Sequence record: MK773491.1
DNA: 64,000 nucleotides
Direction: 5' to 3' (one strand)
The notes below the pieces were generated by a model that made no database searches, was not told the origin of the DNA, and saw nothing but the letters and a program-made list of their open reading frames with translations. This document shows positions 40,921 to 52,297 of the stretch, piece by piece (within the stretch, counting starts at the first letter, position 1; the number at the start of each line of letters is the position of its first letter). A program made the translations under genes and the position numbers.

Positions 40921-41474
40921 ACAGAGCTATGAAAGAAGATATTTTTACAATTAAAGCAATCGAAAGTAAAGGTTATAAAATGGAAGAACTAATTGTTCTA
41001 TCCGATGAAGAACTTGATGAATTACCAATTTCTCAACGTCTAATCGATGGCATTAAAACTGTTAAAGCACGTGGAGGAAAAACGGCTGATCAAATCGCAG
41101 AAGAGATTGCCGATTTAATGACGAAAGACGTCACTAGTACTGAAGAAGTTGATGTTCCTGAAGTCGTTGAAGTTTACGAAACTCTATCTCCAGAACACAT
41201 TGCTATTCAAGAAGAAATCATTGAAGAAGCTCTTGAAGAAGAAATTGCTGAAGATGAAGTTCAAATTGTTCGTGTTGAATCTGCACCAGAAGATATTAAA
41301 ACTGTAGAAGAAGTTCTAGAGACTAAATCTTATAAATCATTCCAACCATACATCAAACTACTACAATCTGAAGTTCCTAAAGTTATTTTGGATGCAGTTG
41401 ATAGTACTCTAATTTCAGAACTAATTGAAAAGCGTATCACTGCTGTTAAACAAGCAGCGAAAAAAACTAAATAA
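40917..41474 (+). CDS. Acidic hypothetical protein
   Basis: 185-aa ORF with ATGA overlap. Confidence 0.55.
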   Translation: MNRAMKEDIFTIKAIESKGYKMEELIVLSDEELDELPISQRLIDGIKTVKARGGKTADQIAEEIADLMTKDVTSTEEVDVPEVVEVYETLSPEHIAIQEEIIEEALEEEIAEDEVQIVRVESAPEDIKTVEEVLETKSYKSFQPYIKLLQSEVPKVILDAVDSTLISELIEKRITAVKQAAKKTK

Positions 41475-41502
41475 TCCTATACTATATTAGGAGAATTTAG
41501 GT

Positions 41503-42075
41503 ATGGCACAAAAACAAATTGCCTTACAACAAGTACGTTCGGGTAAACAACGTGATTTACCCGATGCTCTTGCGAAAGGCCAGATTGGATTCAGTACTGA
41601 CGTGGGTCGTTTATTCATTGGGCTACCGAGTAGTTCAGAACCAGCATCATTAGTTGCTGGTCGTAACTGGACTAATGCACCAAACAGCGGGAAAGAAAAC
41701 GTAGAAATCATTACTGAATTTACACCTTGGGAAATTATTAACAGTGTGGTTAATAAACCTAATGTATTAACACTTCCAGCTAACCAAAAAACTACTACAA
41801 CTATTCGTACATCGTCTCGTGTATTCCTTGAGTATGTTGCATACGATAATGATAAATTGTTAGAAACTGGTTCAGTTCAATTGGTAGCAGTTGATACAAC
41901 GAATGTATTAATCTCTCAACAAAACAACACTAACAAATCTGATGGTATCGTTGCGATAGATTTTGAACAACCATCATATGACGTAGGTACTAAACGTTTA
42001 ACTATTACTATTAACAATCGAAGTAGTACCGCAATAACACTTGAATTTATTATAAGAGGGTGGGATAAGCAATAA
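41503..42075 (+). CDS. Probable tail-associated structural protein (MTD-N-like motif)
   Basis: QQVRSG...LP..LAKGQIGFSTDVGRLFIG resembles fibre/MTD N-terminal repeats. Confidence 0.55.
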   Translation: MAQKQIALQQVRSGKQRDLPDALAKGQIGFSTDVGRLFIGLPSSSEPASLVAGRNWTNAPNSGKENVEIITEFTPWEIINSVVNKPNVLTLPANQKTTTTIRTSSRVFLEYVAYDNDKLLETGSVQLVAVDTTNVLISQQNNTNKSDGIVAIDFEQPSYDVGTKRLTITINNRSSTAITLEFIIRGWDKQ

Positions 42076-42097
42076 AGGCGAATCCCGCCTTTTATTT
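42074..42097 (+). terminator. Intrinsic terminator
   Basis: AAAGGCG-AATCC-CGCCTTT-TATTT. Confidence 0.7.
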
Positions 42098-42102
42098 CCC
42101 CT

Positions 42103-42110
42103 TATAAATA
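42103..42110 (+). promoter_or_regulatory. T4-type late promoter before nrdA
   Basis: TATAAATA just after a terminator. Confidence 0.6.
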
Positions 42111-42142
42111 TAAAACTGAAATAATTAACACAAGGAAGTCAA

Positions 42143-44488
42143 ATGATCAACGTTACGAAACGTAATGGTGCTAAGGAAGCACTTAATCTTGAAAAAATTC
42201 ACCAAATTCTATTTTTCGCTTGCGAAGGACTAACTGGAGTGTCCGTATCAGAAATTGAGGTTCGAGCACAGTTACAGTTCTATGAAGGTATCGAAACTAA
42301 TGCAATTCATGATATTCTAATTAAAGCTGCTTCTGAACTAATTACAGTTGATACCCCTAACTATCAATATGTAGCAGGTCGTCTAATTAACTATTCACTA
42401 CGTAAGAAAGTGTATGGTAATTATGAACCACCAAAATTCGCTGCACATGTTCAAGATCTAATCGATCGTGATGTATATGACAAAGAAATTCTTGAAAAAT
42501 ATACACTAACTGAAATCGAAGAACTAGGTAAGTACATCAAACATAAACGTGATGATAGATTCACTTTCGTTGCAATGAAGCAATGGGAAGGGAAATATCT
42601 TTGTAAGCACCGTGTTACTAAGCAAATTTACGAAACCCCACAAATGGCTTACATGATGATTGCAGCAATCGTCTTTATGGAGTACAATCGTGATGTTCGT
42701 ATGAGCTATGTAAAACGTTTCTATGATGCAATCAGTAATTTTGATATTAGTCTTCCAACACCAATCATGGCTGGTCTTCGTACTAATACACGTCAGTTTA
42801 GTTCATGTGTGGTTCTAAACGTGGGTGATAGCCTCGATAGTATCGGTGCTTCCAACCATGCTATTTTACGTTATATCTCACGTAAAGCTGGTCTAGGAAT
42901 TAACTACGGTCGTGTTCGTGCAATCGATTCAGAAATCCGTGGTGGTGATGCGGTACATACAGGTTTAATTCCTTTCATTACTGCAAGTACTAAAACTGTT
43001 AAATCATGCTCTCAAGGCGGTGTACGTGGTGGTGCAGCAACTATTCACTTCCCACTTTGGCATCTAGAATTTGAAAATCTTGTAGTACTTAAGAACAACA
43101 AAGGAACCGAGTTTAACCGTGTTCGTCAAAGTGACTACTGCTTCCAAATCAACAAAACTTTATACGAGCGTCTAACCAAAAAAGGTGATATTACTTTCTT
43201 CTCACCTAGTGACGTACCCGGTCTATATGATGCATTCTGCTCAGACCAAAAAGAATTCGCACGTTTGTATAAGAAGTATGAAGCAGACCCTACTATTCGT
43301 AAGAAAGTACTACCAGCGATTGACGTATTCACTGTTCTAATGCAACAACGTGCAGAGACAGGGCGTATCTACGTTCAGAACATTGATTTGACTAACGAAC
43401 ACTCACCATTCGATCCTAAAGTGGCACCAGTTGAGCAAAGTAATCTTTGCCAAGAAATTGCATTACCTTCAGTTCCATTTGATGATGTAAACAGTGGTGA
43501 AGATGGTCTAATCAGCCTTTGCACACTAAGTGCAATTAATTGGGGCAACTTTGACAAACCTGAAGATATGGAAAATGCTTGCGATCTAGCTGTTCGTGCG
43601 TTAGACTCTCTACTTGATTATCAGGACTACCCTGTAATCCACGCAGAACGAGCTACACGAGCTTATCGACCACTAGGTGTGGGTATCATCAACTTGGCAT
43701 ATTTCCTTGCTAAACGTGGCCTACGTTACGATGATGGTGCATTGGAAACCGTAAACACATGGGCTGAAGCATGGTCTTATTACCTACTTAAATCTTCCGT
43801 TCAACTAGCGAAAGAAAAAGGTAAATGTGAATGGTTTGATAACCTAAAATATGCACAAGGTATTCTACCAATTGACACTTATAAAAAATCCGTCGATGAA
43901 CTAGTAGGTACTGAACTAAAAATGGATTGGGATTCCCTACGTGCTGATATTGCACAATACGGTATTCGTAATGCTACTACTATGGCTCTAATGCCAGCAG
44001 AAACTAGTGCTCAAATTAGTAACAGTACTAATGGTATTGAACCACCACGTAGTCTAGTATCCGTTAAAGCATCTAAAGATGGTATTCTAAAACAAGTTGT
44101 TCCTGAAATTGGTAAATTGAAGAACAAATACACCCTACTATGGGATCAAAAGAACAACGAAGGTTATATTAAAATTTGTGGTGTACTACAAAAATATATT
44201 GACCAAAGTATCAGTGCAAATACTAGTTATAACCCAGAACACTTCCCAGATAAGAAACTATCAATGAAAGTACTTCTAGGTGAACTACTAATGTGCTACA
44301 AGTATGGACTTAAAAACCTATACTATATGAACACCAACGATGGTAGTGGTGAAATTGATATTGAACTACTAGAGAAGTCTCAGTCAGAACAAAAGGCTGA
44401 AGCGGAAGAACTAGTACCAACAGGTGGATTCATTCTACCAAACCTATCAATGCTACCAGATGATGATTGCGATAGTTGCAAAATCTAA
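42143..44488 (+). CDS. nrdA: Class Ia ribonucleotide reductase alpha subunit
   Basis: ATP-cone VTKRNG, QFSSCV, QSNLCQEI, LMPAETSA, LYY, C-terminal CDSC. Confidence 0.97.
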   Translation: MINVTKRNGAKEALNLEKIHQILFFACEGLTGVSVSEIEVRAQLQFYEGIETNAIHDILIKAASELITVDTPNYQYVAGRLINYSLRKKVYGNYEPPKFAAHVQDLIDRDVYDKEILEKYTLTEIEELGKYIKHKRDDRFTFVAMKQWEGKYLCKHRVTKQIYETPQMAYMMIAAIVFMEYNRDVRMSYVKRFYDAISNFDISLPTPIMAGLRTNTRQFSSCVVLNVGDSLDSIGASNHAILRYISRKAGLGINYGRVRAIDSEIRGGDAVHTGLIPFITASTKTVKSCSQGGVRGGAATIHFPLWHLEFENLVVLKNNKGTEFNRVRQSDYCFQINKTLYERLTKKGDITFFSPSDVPGLYDAFCSDQKEFARLYKKYEADPTIRKKVLPAIDVFTVLMQQRAETGRIYVQNIDLTNEHSPFDPKVAPVEQSNLCQEIALPSVPFDDVNSGEDGLISLCTLSAINWGNFDKPEDMENACDLAVRALDSLLDYQDYPVIHAERATRAYRPLGVGIINLAYFLAKRGLRYDDGALETVNTWAEAWSYYLLKSSVQLAKEKGKCEWFDNLKYAQGILPIDTYKKSVDELVGTELKMDWDSLRADIAQYGIRNATTMALMPAETSAQISNSTNGIEPPRSLVSVKASKDGILKQVVPEIGKLKNKYTLLWDQKNNEGYIKICGVLQKYIDQSISANTSYNPEHFPDKKLSMKVLLGELLMCYKYGLKNLYYMNTNDGSGEIDIELLEKSQSEQKAEAEELVPTGGFILPNLSMLPDDDCDSCKI

Positions 44489-44496
44489 TTAAAAAG

Positions 44497-44524
44497 AGTC
44501 CCACATGAAGTGGGACTTTTCTTT
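44497..44524 (+). terminator. Terminator-like hairpin between nrdA and nrdB
   Basis: AGTCCCAC-ATGAA-GTGGGACT-TTTCTTT. Confidence 0.7.
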
Positions 44525-44551
44525 CACAGAAATAAACAAAAGGAATTGTAA

Positions 44552-45676
44552 ATGTCAGTATTTAAAATTAACGAGAAATCACACTTAGAAAAGCATATGT
44601 TTTTTGACGAGTCTGTTGATATTCAACGTTTTGAATCCGTAAAGTATCCAGCATTGGAAAAATTAACAGAACAGCAAAAGAGTTTCTTCTGGACACCAGA
44701 AGAAGTAGATGTGACTCGTGATAAAATTGACTTCTCCGGTTTGAGTGATAATGAGAAACATATCTTCACATCGAACCTTAAACGTCAAATCCTTCTAGAT
44801 TCAGTACAAGGACGTGGCCCGAACTTAATGCTACTACCTTATGCATCCCTACCTGAACTAGAAAACTTTATTGAAACTTGGGCTTTCTTTGAAGGTGCTA
44901 TCCATAGTCGTTCATATACGCATATTATTCGTAACGTATATCCAAACCCATCCGAAGTGTTTGATACTATGCTCGACATTCCTGAGATTACTTCTTGTGC
45001 TGCTGATATTGCAAAGTACTATGATGATCTTGATGTAGCTGGCACTTACTATAAGATGCTAGGACTCGGTACTCATATTATCAATGGTGAAACTGTTGAA
45101 GTTAGCGAGTATGAACTCAAGAAGAAACTATGGCTATGCTTGAACAGCATTAACGTACTAGAAGGTATTCGCTTCTATGTATCCTTTGCATGTTCATGGG
45201 CTTTTGCAGAAAACAAACTAATGGAAGGGAATGCTAAAATCATCCGTCTAATTTGTCGTGATGAGAACCTTCATTTAGCAGCTACCCAAATGATTCTTCG
45301 CCTACTCAAGAAAGAAGATCCAGACTTCGCTAAAATTGCAGAAGAATGCCATGAAGAAGTACAAACAATGTTCATGGATGCAATTCGTCAAGAAGAAGAA
45401 TGGGCTGACTATCTATTCAAAGATGGTTCTATTATTGGATTGAACGCTCAAATTCTAAAAGATTATATTCGTTGGATTGGTTCTAAACGTATGATTGCAG
45501 TTGGCGTTAAATGTCCATTCAGTGTATCCAAAAACAATCCACTACCTTGGACTGTAGAATGGATCAGTAGTGCTGATGTACAAGTGGCACCACAAGAAAC
45601 TGAAATAAGTTCTTATATTATTGGTGGTATCACTAATGATATTGAAGAAAATGATTTTTCAGATTACGATTTATAA
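44552..45676 (+). CDS. nrdB: Class Ia ribonucleotide reductase beta subunit
   Basis: FWTPEE, LLDSVQ, IHSRSY, LEGIRFY, RDENLH, APQETE. Confidence 0.96.
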   Translation: MSVFKINEKSHLEKHMFFDESVDIQRFESVKYPALEKLTEQQKSFFWTPEEVDVTRDKIDFSGLSDNEKHIFTSNLKRQILLDSVQGRGPNLMLLPYASLPELENFIETWAFFEGAIHSRSYTHIIRNVYPNPSEVFDTMLDIPEITSCAADIAKYYDDLDVAGTYYKMLGLGTHIINGETVEVSEYELKKKLWLCLNSINVLEGIRFYVSFACSWAFAENKLMEGNAKIIRLICRDENLHLAATQMILRLLKKEDPDFAKIAEECHEEVQTMFMDAIRQEEEWADYLFKDGSIIGLNAQILKDYIRWIGSKRMIAVGVKCPFSVSKNNPLPWTVEWISSADVQVAPQETEISSYIIGGITNDIEENDFSDYDL

Positions 45677-45681
45677 TACTT

Positions 45682-45704
45682 AGGGACACATTGTGTCCCT
45701 TTTT
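45682..45704 (+). terminator. Intrinsic terminator after nrdB
   Basis: AGGGACAC-ATT-GTGTCCCT-TTTT. Confidence 0.75.
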
Positions 45705-45718
45705 CATTGGAGTTATAT

Positions 45719-45901
45719 ATGAGCGACGTTTTTTCTTTTATGAGAGATGTTGAGTACGTAATAGTACTAGAAGGTTCTATTCAATTAACAGGTATGGTTG
45801 AAGAAACTTATGATAACGGTATTCAGTTACATGATGGAACCTGCATTCCACAGGATAAAATTTTATTTTTCAAAGCAAATCTTGGGACAAATCCCGAATA
45901 A
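45719..45901 (+). CDS. Small hypothetical beta-rich protein
   Basis: GGAG RBS before ATG 45719. Confidence 0.5.
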   Translation: MSDVFSFMRDVEYVIVLEGSIQLTGMVEETYDNGIQLHDGTCIPQDKILFFKANLGTNPE

Positions 45902-45912
45902 TGTGATATAAT
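45882..45912 (+). promoter_or_regulatory. GGGACA-class promoter (basic protein/yggL/mazG-like)
   Basis: TTGGGACA-N17-TATAAT, TGTGA. Confidence 0.8.
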
Positions 45913-45940
45913 AAACACATCAATAACACAGGAGAAAAAA

Positions 45941-46174
45941 ATGGATAAAAACGCACTAAACGAAATGGTAGAAGAAAGCATTGAAACCGCTGGTGAAGAA
46001 GTTGGATACACTCTAAGCGAAGAAGAACTAGAATATTCTAAAAAAATCATTGCTCAACTATCTGGCTATTACGCTCGTAAAGATGCTAAGAAAGTAGAAT
46101 ATCGTAAAATCAAACAGCGTCGTCGTGCGGCAAACAAAACTGCAAAAGCATCTCGTCGTAAGAACCGCAAATAA
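45941..46174 (+). CDS. Small protein with Arg/Lys-rich C-terminus
   Basis: GGAG RBS; own promoter; tail RKIKQRRRAANKTAKASRRKNRK. Confidence 0.6.
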   Translation: MDKNALNEMVEESIETAGEEVGYTLSEEELEYSKKIIAQLSGYYARKDAKKVEYRKIKQRRRAANKTAKASRRKNRK

Positions 46175-46183
46175 GAGGTATTG

Positions 46184-46576
46184 ATGAATTTCACTTTTGA
46201 ACAAATTCAAGAGACTTTTCCTAAACACGCCAACCGCTCTAAGCGGTTGCGTAAGAAGTTACATGTAGATGACTTCGCGGAAATTATGTTTTCGTTTACA
46301 TTAAAAATTCCAGTATTTGATTTATCACCCAAGCTACAGGATGCTTGTTTGGATATCATGTGTGAACATGATGCTGGATGTTTTATCTTTTCTGATAGTT
46401 CATCTGCATCATTCAGTGTATTGTCTGGATTATTAAAGAAAAGTGTAAAAAATCAAGAAGAAATTATTTCGTACATTACGAATTTGATTTCAAAACTTTC
46501 AGAAGTAGAAAAAGAATTTAGGAATATTGACGCAGTACATGTAACATATGGTGATGCGTATTATGGAGAATGGTAA
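46184..46576 (+). CDS. yggL: YggL (DUF469)-family ribosome-associated protein
   Basis: NRSKRLRKKLHVDDFAE closely matches YggL NRSRRLRKKMHIDEFQE; DAYY near the C-terminus. Confidence 0.75.
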   Translation: MNFTFEQIQETFPKHANRSKRLRKKLHVDDFAEIMFSFTLKIPVFDLSPKLQDACLDIMCEHDAGCFIFSDSSSASFSVLSGLLKKSVKNQEEIISYITNLISKLSEVEKEFRNIDAVHVTYGDAYYGEW

Positions 46577-47268
46577 TGAATGTACAAACCCAAATTGCAC
46601 AAGTAGCTAATTTTATGAAAGCTGCTGGTCAAGAAATCAATATTACACCAACAGCAGTAAGTCTAGGTGTTGCAAATCTACGTTATAATCTAATCATTGA
46701 AGAGATCGCAGGTAGGAATGAATTTCAATACTGTTCCGAACGTGATGACCTTGTTGGTATGCTAGATGGTCTATGTGATATTCTTTATGTTGTATATGGT
46801 GCAGCACTAACCTTTGGTGTTAAAATTAAAAGTACTGAAGTAGCTCATGGCATCGCGGCTGGTAAATTAGCTCCTGCACATATTTCAATTGACGCAGCTA
46901 AGAATATGATTTTCGATAGTGATCAATTTGTAGTAGGATACAAAACAGGAAATCTACATCTAGTAGAACAATCATTAACGAACATTGTTAATGTTGTTTA
47001 TGAGTATGCTCGCGTGATTAATGTTGATTTATCTGGTGCATTCAATGAAGTTCATCAATCTAACATGAGCAAGTTCAGCCCTACTAAAGAACATGCAGAA
47101 GAAAGTGCAGCGACTCGTCTAATTAAAGGTGATGAGAAATATCGCAATATTTATGTTGACAGTGTAACTATTGATGGTGAAACATTGTGGATGATCAAAC
47201 GCACTGAAGATAACAAGATTCTAAAAAGTCTTAATTTCTTTGAGCCTGATCTAAAAAAATATGTATAA
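46570..47268 (+). CDS. MazG-like/PRA-PH-family NTP pyrophosphohydrolase
   Basis: LRYNLIIEEI, DGLCDILYVVYG, EVHQSNMSK, KILKS. Confidence 0.8.
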   Translation: MVMNVQTQIAQVANFMKAAGQEINITPTAVSLGVANLRYNLIIEEIAGRNEFQYCSERDDLVGMLDGLCDILYVVYGAALTFGVKIKSTEVAHGIAAGKLAPAHISIDAAKNMIFDSDQFVVGYKTGNLHLVEQSLTNIVNVVYEYARVINVDLSGAFNEVHQSNMSKFSPTKEHAEESAATRLIKGDEKYRNIYVDSVTIDGETLWMIKRTEDNKILKSLNFFEPDLKKYV

Positions 47269-47270
47269 AG

Positions 47271-47294
47271 AAAAAGGAGGCTTTTGCCTCCTTT
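47271..47294. terminator. Bidirectional terminator between convergent genes
   Basis: AAAGGAGGC-TTTT-GCCTCCTTT. Confidence 0.8.
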
Positions 47295-47301
47295 AATTAT
47301 G

Positions 47302-48705
<1,404 letters not shown>

Positions 48706-48752
48706 TTATTTTGTTTTTGTTATGTAACTATTTAGCAACAAAATATGATTTT

Positions 48753-48783
48753 TTGGGACAAATCGGAAATGATGTGATATAAT
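48753..48783 (+). promoter_or_regulatory. GGGACA-class promoter (DHFR/rnhA/dda operon)
   Basis: TTGGGACA-N17-TATAAT, TGTGA. Confidence 0.8.
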
Positions 48784-48813
48784 ATAAAAACATACAACTA
48801 ACGAGGAACATAT

Positions 48814-49227
48814 ATGTTGGATATTGTTGTAAATCTTATAGGTATAATATTCTTTACAATATTAGCGGCTTCTGGCTTTACACTAACTGCACAAATATTT
48901 TTGTGGGTGAGTGTCTTTGTTTTTTCTGTTCTAACATTCATCGCATGGATTACGGTAGAACATAACAAAAATCTTTATAAAAGTGGGAAAAGATTATCAA
49001 AAGATTTTATTCAAATGATACCACTTTTAGCAAATACAGATTTTGATACAAAATGTGCACACATTTTCTGTGCAAGTATTATTATTGCAATCATTGCATT
49101 TTACTTACTACATGTTGTATTTCTATCAATTGCAGTTATAGCAGTAATGATTTTACGCATTGTAGTACTACAGAATATAAAGGAGTTTATTCGTAATGTC
49201 GAAAATGATCCTAGCCACGAACAGTAA
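48814..49227 (+). CDS. Membrane protein (about 4 TM)
   Basis: Hydrophobic segments; GAGG RBS; own promoter. Confidence 0.6.
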   Translation: MLDIVVNLIGIIFFTILAASGFTLTAQIFLWVSVFVFSVLTFIAWITVEHNKNLYKSGKRLSKDFIQMIPLLANTDFDTKCAHIFCASIIIAIIAFYLLHVVFLSIAVIAVMILRIVVLQNIKEFIRNVENDPSHEQ

Positions 49228-49699
49228 TGGTGGAATTGGTATAAACAATACGATTCCTTGGCATAGTTCAGCAGATTTTAAACACTTCAAAGAAGAGACT
49301 ATGGATAAAATCGTTATTATGGGTTTTAACACTTGGAAGTCTCTACCTAAACGCCCACTACCCGGACGATTAAACATCGTCCTTCTTTCTCGCGAGTACA
49401 GTAAAGAGAACCGCGATGATGTTGATAAAGATACTTCAGTACTCTTTCTTGATATCGAAAACTTAGAAAGTATTATTGCTAATAACCCCGATTGTGTTGT
49501 CATCGGTGGAGCTAAAATTTATGAAGAAGCAATAAAGTATGTTGATACAATTGTACTAAGTATAATTGAGGGGGAGCATGAGTGTGATACCTTTTTTAAT
49601 ATTCACACCCATGCAAGGGAAGAGAACGTTCATTTAGAATTGGGTTTGGTTAAAATGTTAGATGATGGAACTATGGTAGAATATTGGAATACTATATAA
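49196..49699 (+). CDS. frd: Dihydrofolate reductase
   Basis: GIG...IPW...DFKHFK, IMG..TW.S, PLPGRLNIV, IGGAKIY, CDTFF. Confidence 0.93.
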   Translation: MSKMILATNSNGGIGINNTIPWHSSADFKHFKEETMDKIVIMGFNTWKSLPKRPLPGRLNIVLLSREYSKENRDDVDKDTSVLFLDIENLESIIANNPDCVVIGGAKIYEEAIKYVDTIVLSIIEGEHECDTFFNIHTHAREENVHLELGLVKMLDDGTMVEYWNTI

Positions 49700-49713
49700 T
49701 TGGGGTATAAAGG

Positions 49714-50148
49714 ATGTATACGATTTACACTGATGGATCATGTTTAGGCAATCCGGGGCCGGGTGGTGTTGGGATTGTAGTACTTAAAGATGGAGAGGAA
49801 ATTGGTCGCTTCTCTTTTGGTGAGAAGCACACCACAAACAACCGAATGGAACTACTTGCAGCCATGAGTGGAATTGCATACGTTAAAGAAACTTTTGGTT
49901 ATGATAGTAAGATAAAGGTAATAACTGATTCTCAATATGTCGTGAACGGAATGACACAATGGAGACATGGTTGGAAGAAAACAAATTGGAAAGGTTGTAA
50001 AAAGAATCTAGATTTGTGGAAAGAGATTGATGTTTTGGGGGATGATTGTGAATTTGGATGGGTTCGCGGTCATAACAAAGACCATTACAATGAAATAGCT
50101 GATGACTTAGCACAAGCAGCAGCACATGAGGCGAAGGAGACGCAATGA
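49714..50148 (+). CDS. rnhA: Ribonuclease HI
   Basis: YTDGSCLGNPGPGG, TNNRMEL, TDSQYV, WVRGH, NEIADDLA. Confidence 0.95.
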   Translation: MYTIYTDGSCLGNPGPGGVGIVVLKDGEEIGRFSFGEKHTTNNRMELLAAMSGIAYVKETFGYDSKIKVITDSQYVVNGMTQWRHGWKKTNWKGCKKNLDLWKEIDVLGDDCEFGWVRGHNKDHYNEIADDLAQAAAHEAKETQ

Positions 50149-51491
50149 GTAATATCACGCTTACGGACAAGCAACAAGAAGTATATGATGATTTCATAGA
50201 CCGAGTACACAACTTTCCGGGTCGTTCCGAATGTGTTCTAGTTGGTTATGCTGGTACTGGTAAAACAACACTAGTAGCTGAAATTGTCGAAAGTTTATAT
50301 AGAGGCTATAATATAGCTGTAACATCACCAACACATAAAGCAAACTCGGTCATCCGAAAAATGCTTACACAAAATGTTGGCCTAAGTGCACAAGATGCAC
50401 AAGTAAGTACTATACATTCTTTTTTAGGATTGAAACTAGTTTATGAAAAGAATCGTCAAGTACTAAAGCATGATCCACAATCTAAAAATAGTACATCTAT
50501 GGTTGATGTTCTTATCGTTGATGAATGTTCTATGATTTCTGAGGAATTGTATCAGCATATCGTTGACCAGATGTATCGTGTTCGACGTGCTATTTTGTTC
50601 GTGGGAGATTCCTGTCAGTTACCACCCGTTGAAGCGGAAGGTACTATTGGTGAATCTAAACTAAGTCCGACCTTTAATGTACCAGTAAAATATGAACTTA
50701 CTGAAGTACTTCGTCAAGCGTTGGATAATCCAATTATTAGTATCGCAACTGCGATTCGTGAGTGTATCGGAACTAATGGTGATCCATTGGCAATCCTTGA
50801 TACTACTTACGGACTTGATACCATCATCCCAATCGACGATGAACAAGTATTCTTGGATGTATATAAAGAAATGATTCTTGAGCATAAGGGTTCTTCTAAG
50901 AAAATCTTTGATTTTGTTCAAGAAAACAAGATTATTGCGTACACAAACTATCGTGTTAGCCTTTCTAATATTTATATCCGAAGCGAATTATTTGATAAAC
51001 ATCAAGACGTTGAATTCATAAAAGGTGAACCAATTGTCTTTGATACTGTTACTGAGAACTGCCCCTATGCGAATCAGGAAATTATTCAATGTCCTGAAGT
51101 ACGCAAAGAGAGTTTCTTGGGGATTGATTGTTGGCAATTCAAACTACCTAATGGAAACTATATTCTAGGTGTTGGGCCAGAGTCCAAACAAGGTCTCGAC
51201 GACTATCTAGATGATTTGGTGAAGAAGATTGAAAAGAAAGATATGAATCCTCTAACCAAACGTGCATATCAATGGCAAGACTATTACATTATCAAAAACA
51301 AAATCAACATCATTAACTATCCATATGCTACGACAGCACATAAATCTCAGGGTAGTACTTTTGATAATATTTGGTTTGATACTGATTTCATCGAACGTAT
51401 TCGTAATAATGATACCAAATGTCGTATCATTTATACTGCGATGACTCGCCCACGATACAATGTTATGTTCCGTAAAAATGGAATGTTCTAA
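50145..51491 (+). CDS. dda: Dda/RecD-like SF1B helicase
   Basis: GYAGTGKT, PTHKA, VDECSM, GDSCQL, RQA, TAHKSQGSTF, YTAMTR. Confidence 0.9.
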   Translation: MSNITLTDKQQEVYDDFIDRVHNFPGRSECVLVGYAGTGKTTLVAEIVESLYRGYNIAVTSPTHKANSVIRKMLTQNVGLSAQDAQVSTIHSFLGLKLVYEKNRQVLKHDPQSKNSTSMVDVLIVDECSMISEELYQHIVDQMYRVRRAILFVGDSCQLPPVEAEGTIGESKLSPTFNVPVKYELTEVLRQALDNPIISIATAIRECIGTNGDPLAILDTTYGLDTIIPIDDEQVFLDVYKEMILEHKGSSKKIFDFVQENKIIAYTNYRVSLSNIYIRSELFDKHQDVEFIKGEPIVFDTVTENCPYANQEIIQCPEVRKESFLGIDCWQFKLPNGNYILGVGPESKQGLDDYLDDLVKKIEKKDMNPLTKRAYQWQDYYIIKNKINIINYPYATTAHKSQGSTFDNIWFDTDFIERIRNNDTKCRIIYTAMTRPRYNVMFRKNGMF

Positions 51492-51694
51492 TGAAAGATA
51501 AAGAAGAATATGAATATCAAGCTCATAAATTCGTGTTCAGTAAAACCGTTGGTAAACAGTACTGCGTATATTGTGGTTTAGTGAATACCAATAATGATTT
51601 CACGAAATGGGCGGTAGGAAAAGGGTGTTTGAATGCTTTACACCCTTCATATAAAAGTGTTAAACGGAAATACACTAATCGTTTTGATTTTTAA
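51491..51694 (+). CDS. Small Cys/His (Zn-binding?) protein
   Basis: H...CVYC...C pattern; TAATG coupling. Confidence 0.5.
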   Translation: MKDKEEYEYQAHKFVFSKTVGKQYCVYCGLVNTNNDFTKWAVGKGCLNALHPSYKSVKRKYTNRFDF

Positions 51695-51732
51695 AAATAA
51701 ATAAGAAAAAGTGTTCTTTATGGAGAAATAAG

Positions 51733-52272
51733 ATGAACAATTTATTCAAAGCATTTACAATCAAGGTTCCCGGTCAAGATCTAGATGATAAGCGTTTCTT
51801 CGAGTATGAAGATTTCGATTCATCCGATATGACCACACCAACTGACGAACAAGTGCTAGCGAAAGCTATCGCTTATACTCGTATGCAACAAATCAAACGT
51901 AAGCTATCAGAACTAACTGTACCAATTTATTGCACTGTTGAATTTGCAACAGAAGGTACAGCAAGTACTGTTCCATCAGATGCTACTATTACTGTTGGTT
52001 ACATTAGCTACGAGCCATTTGTTAGTACTGCTGACCCGATTCCAGATGAAGAATCTGCACAAATTACTGCTGCTGAAGAGGCAATCAAGAAAATCATTGA
52101 TGATGCAATGGGTAGTGAACTAGTTCAAGAAATGGCTGCTGTACAGAAAATCACATCACGTACTATTACGCCTCTACTAACTAAGGAAGAAAGTTATCGT
52201 GATGTATATATGGATTACATTGATGTACCTTCAGTCACGGTATCCAGTACTGTAGCATTCGTTAAACTATAA
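51733..52272 (+). CDS. Late hypothetical, probably structural protein
   Basis: ATAAATA upstream; GGAG RBS; highly expressed codon usage. Confidence 0.55.
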   Translation: MNNLFKAFTIKVPGQDLDDKRFFEYEDFDSSDMTTPTDEQVLAKAIAYTRMQQIKRKLSELTVPIYCTVEFATEGTASTVPSDATITVGYISYEPFVSTADPIPDEESAQITAAEEAIKKIIDDAMGSELVQEMAAVQKITSRTITPLLTKEESYRDVYMDYIDVPSVTVSSTVAFVKL

Positions 52273-52297
52273 TATTTTTAGCATGGAGTCTATTGAC

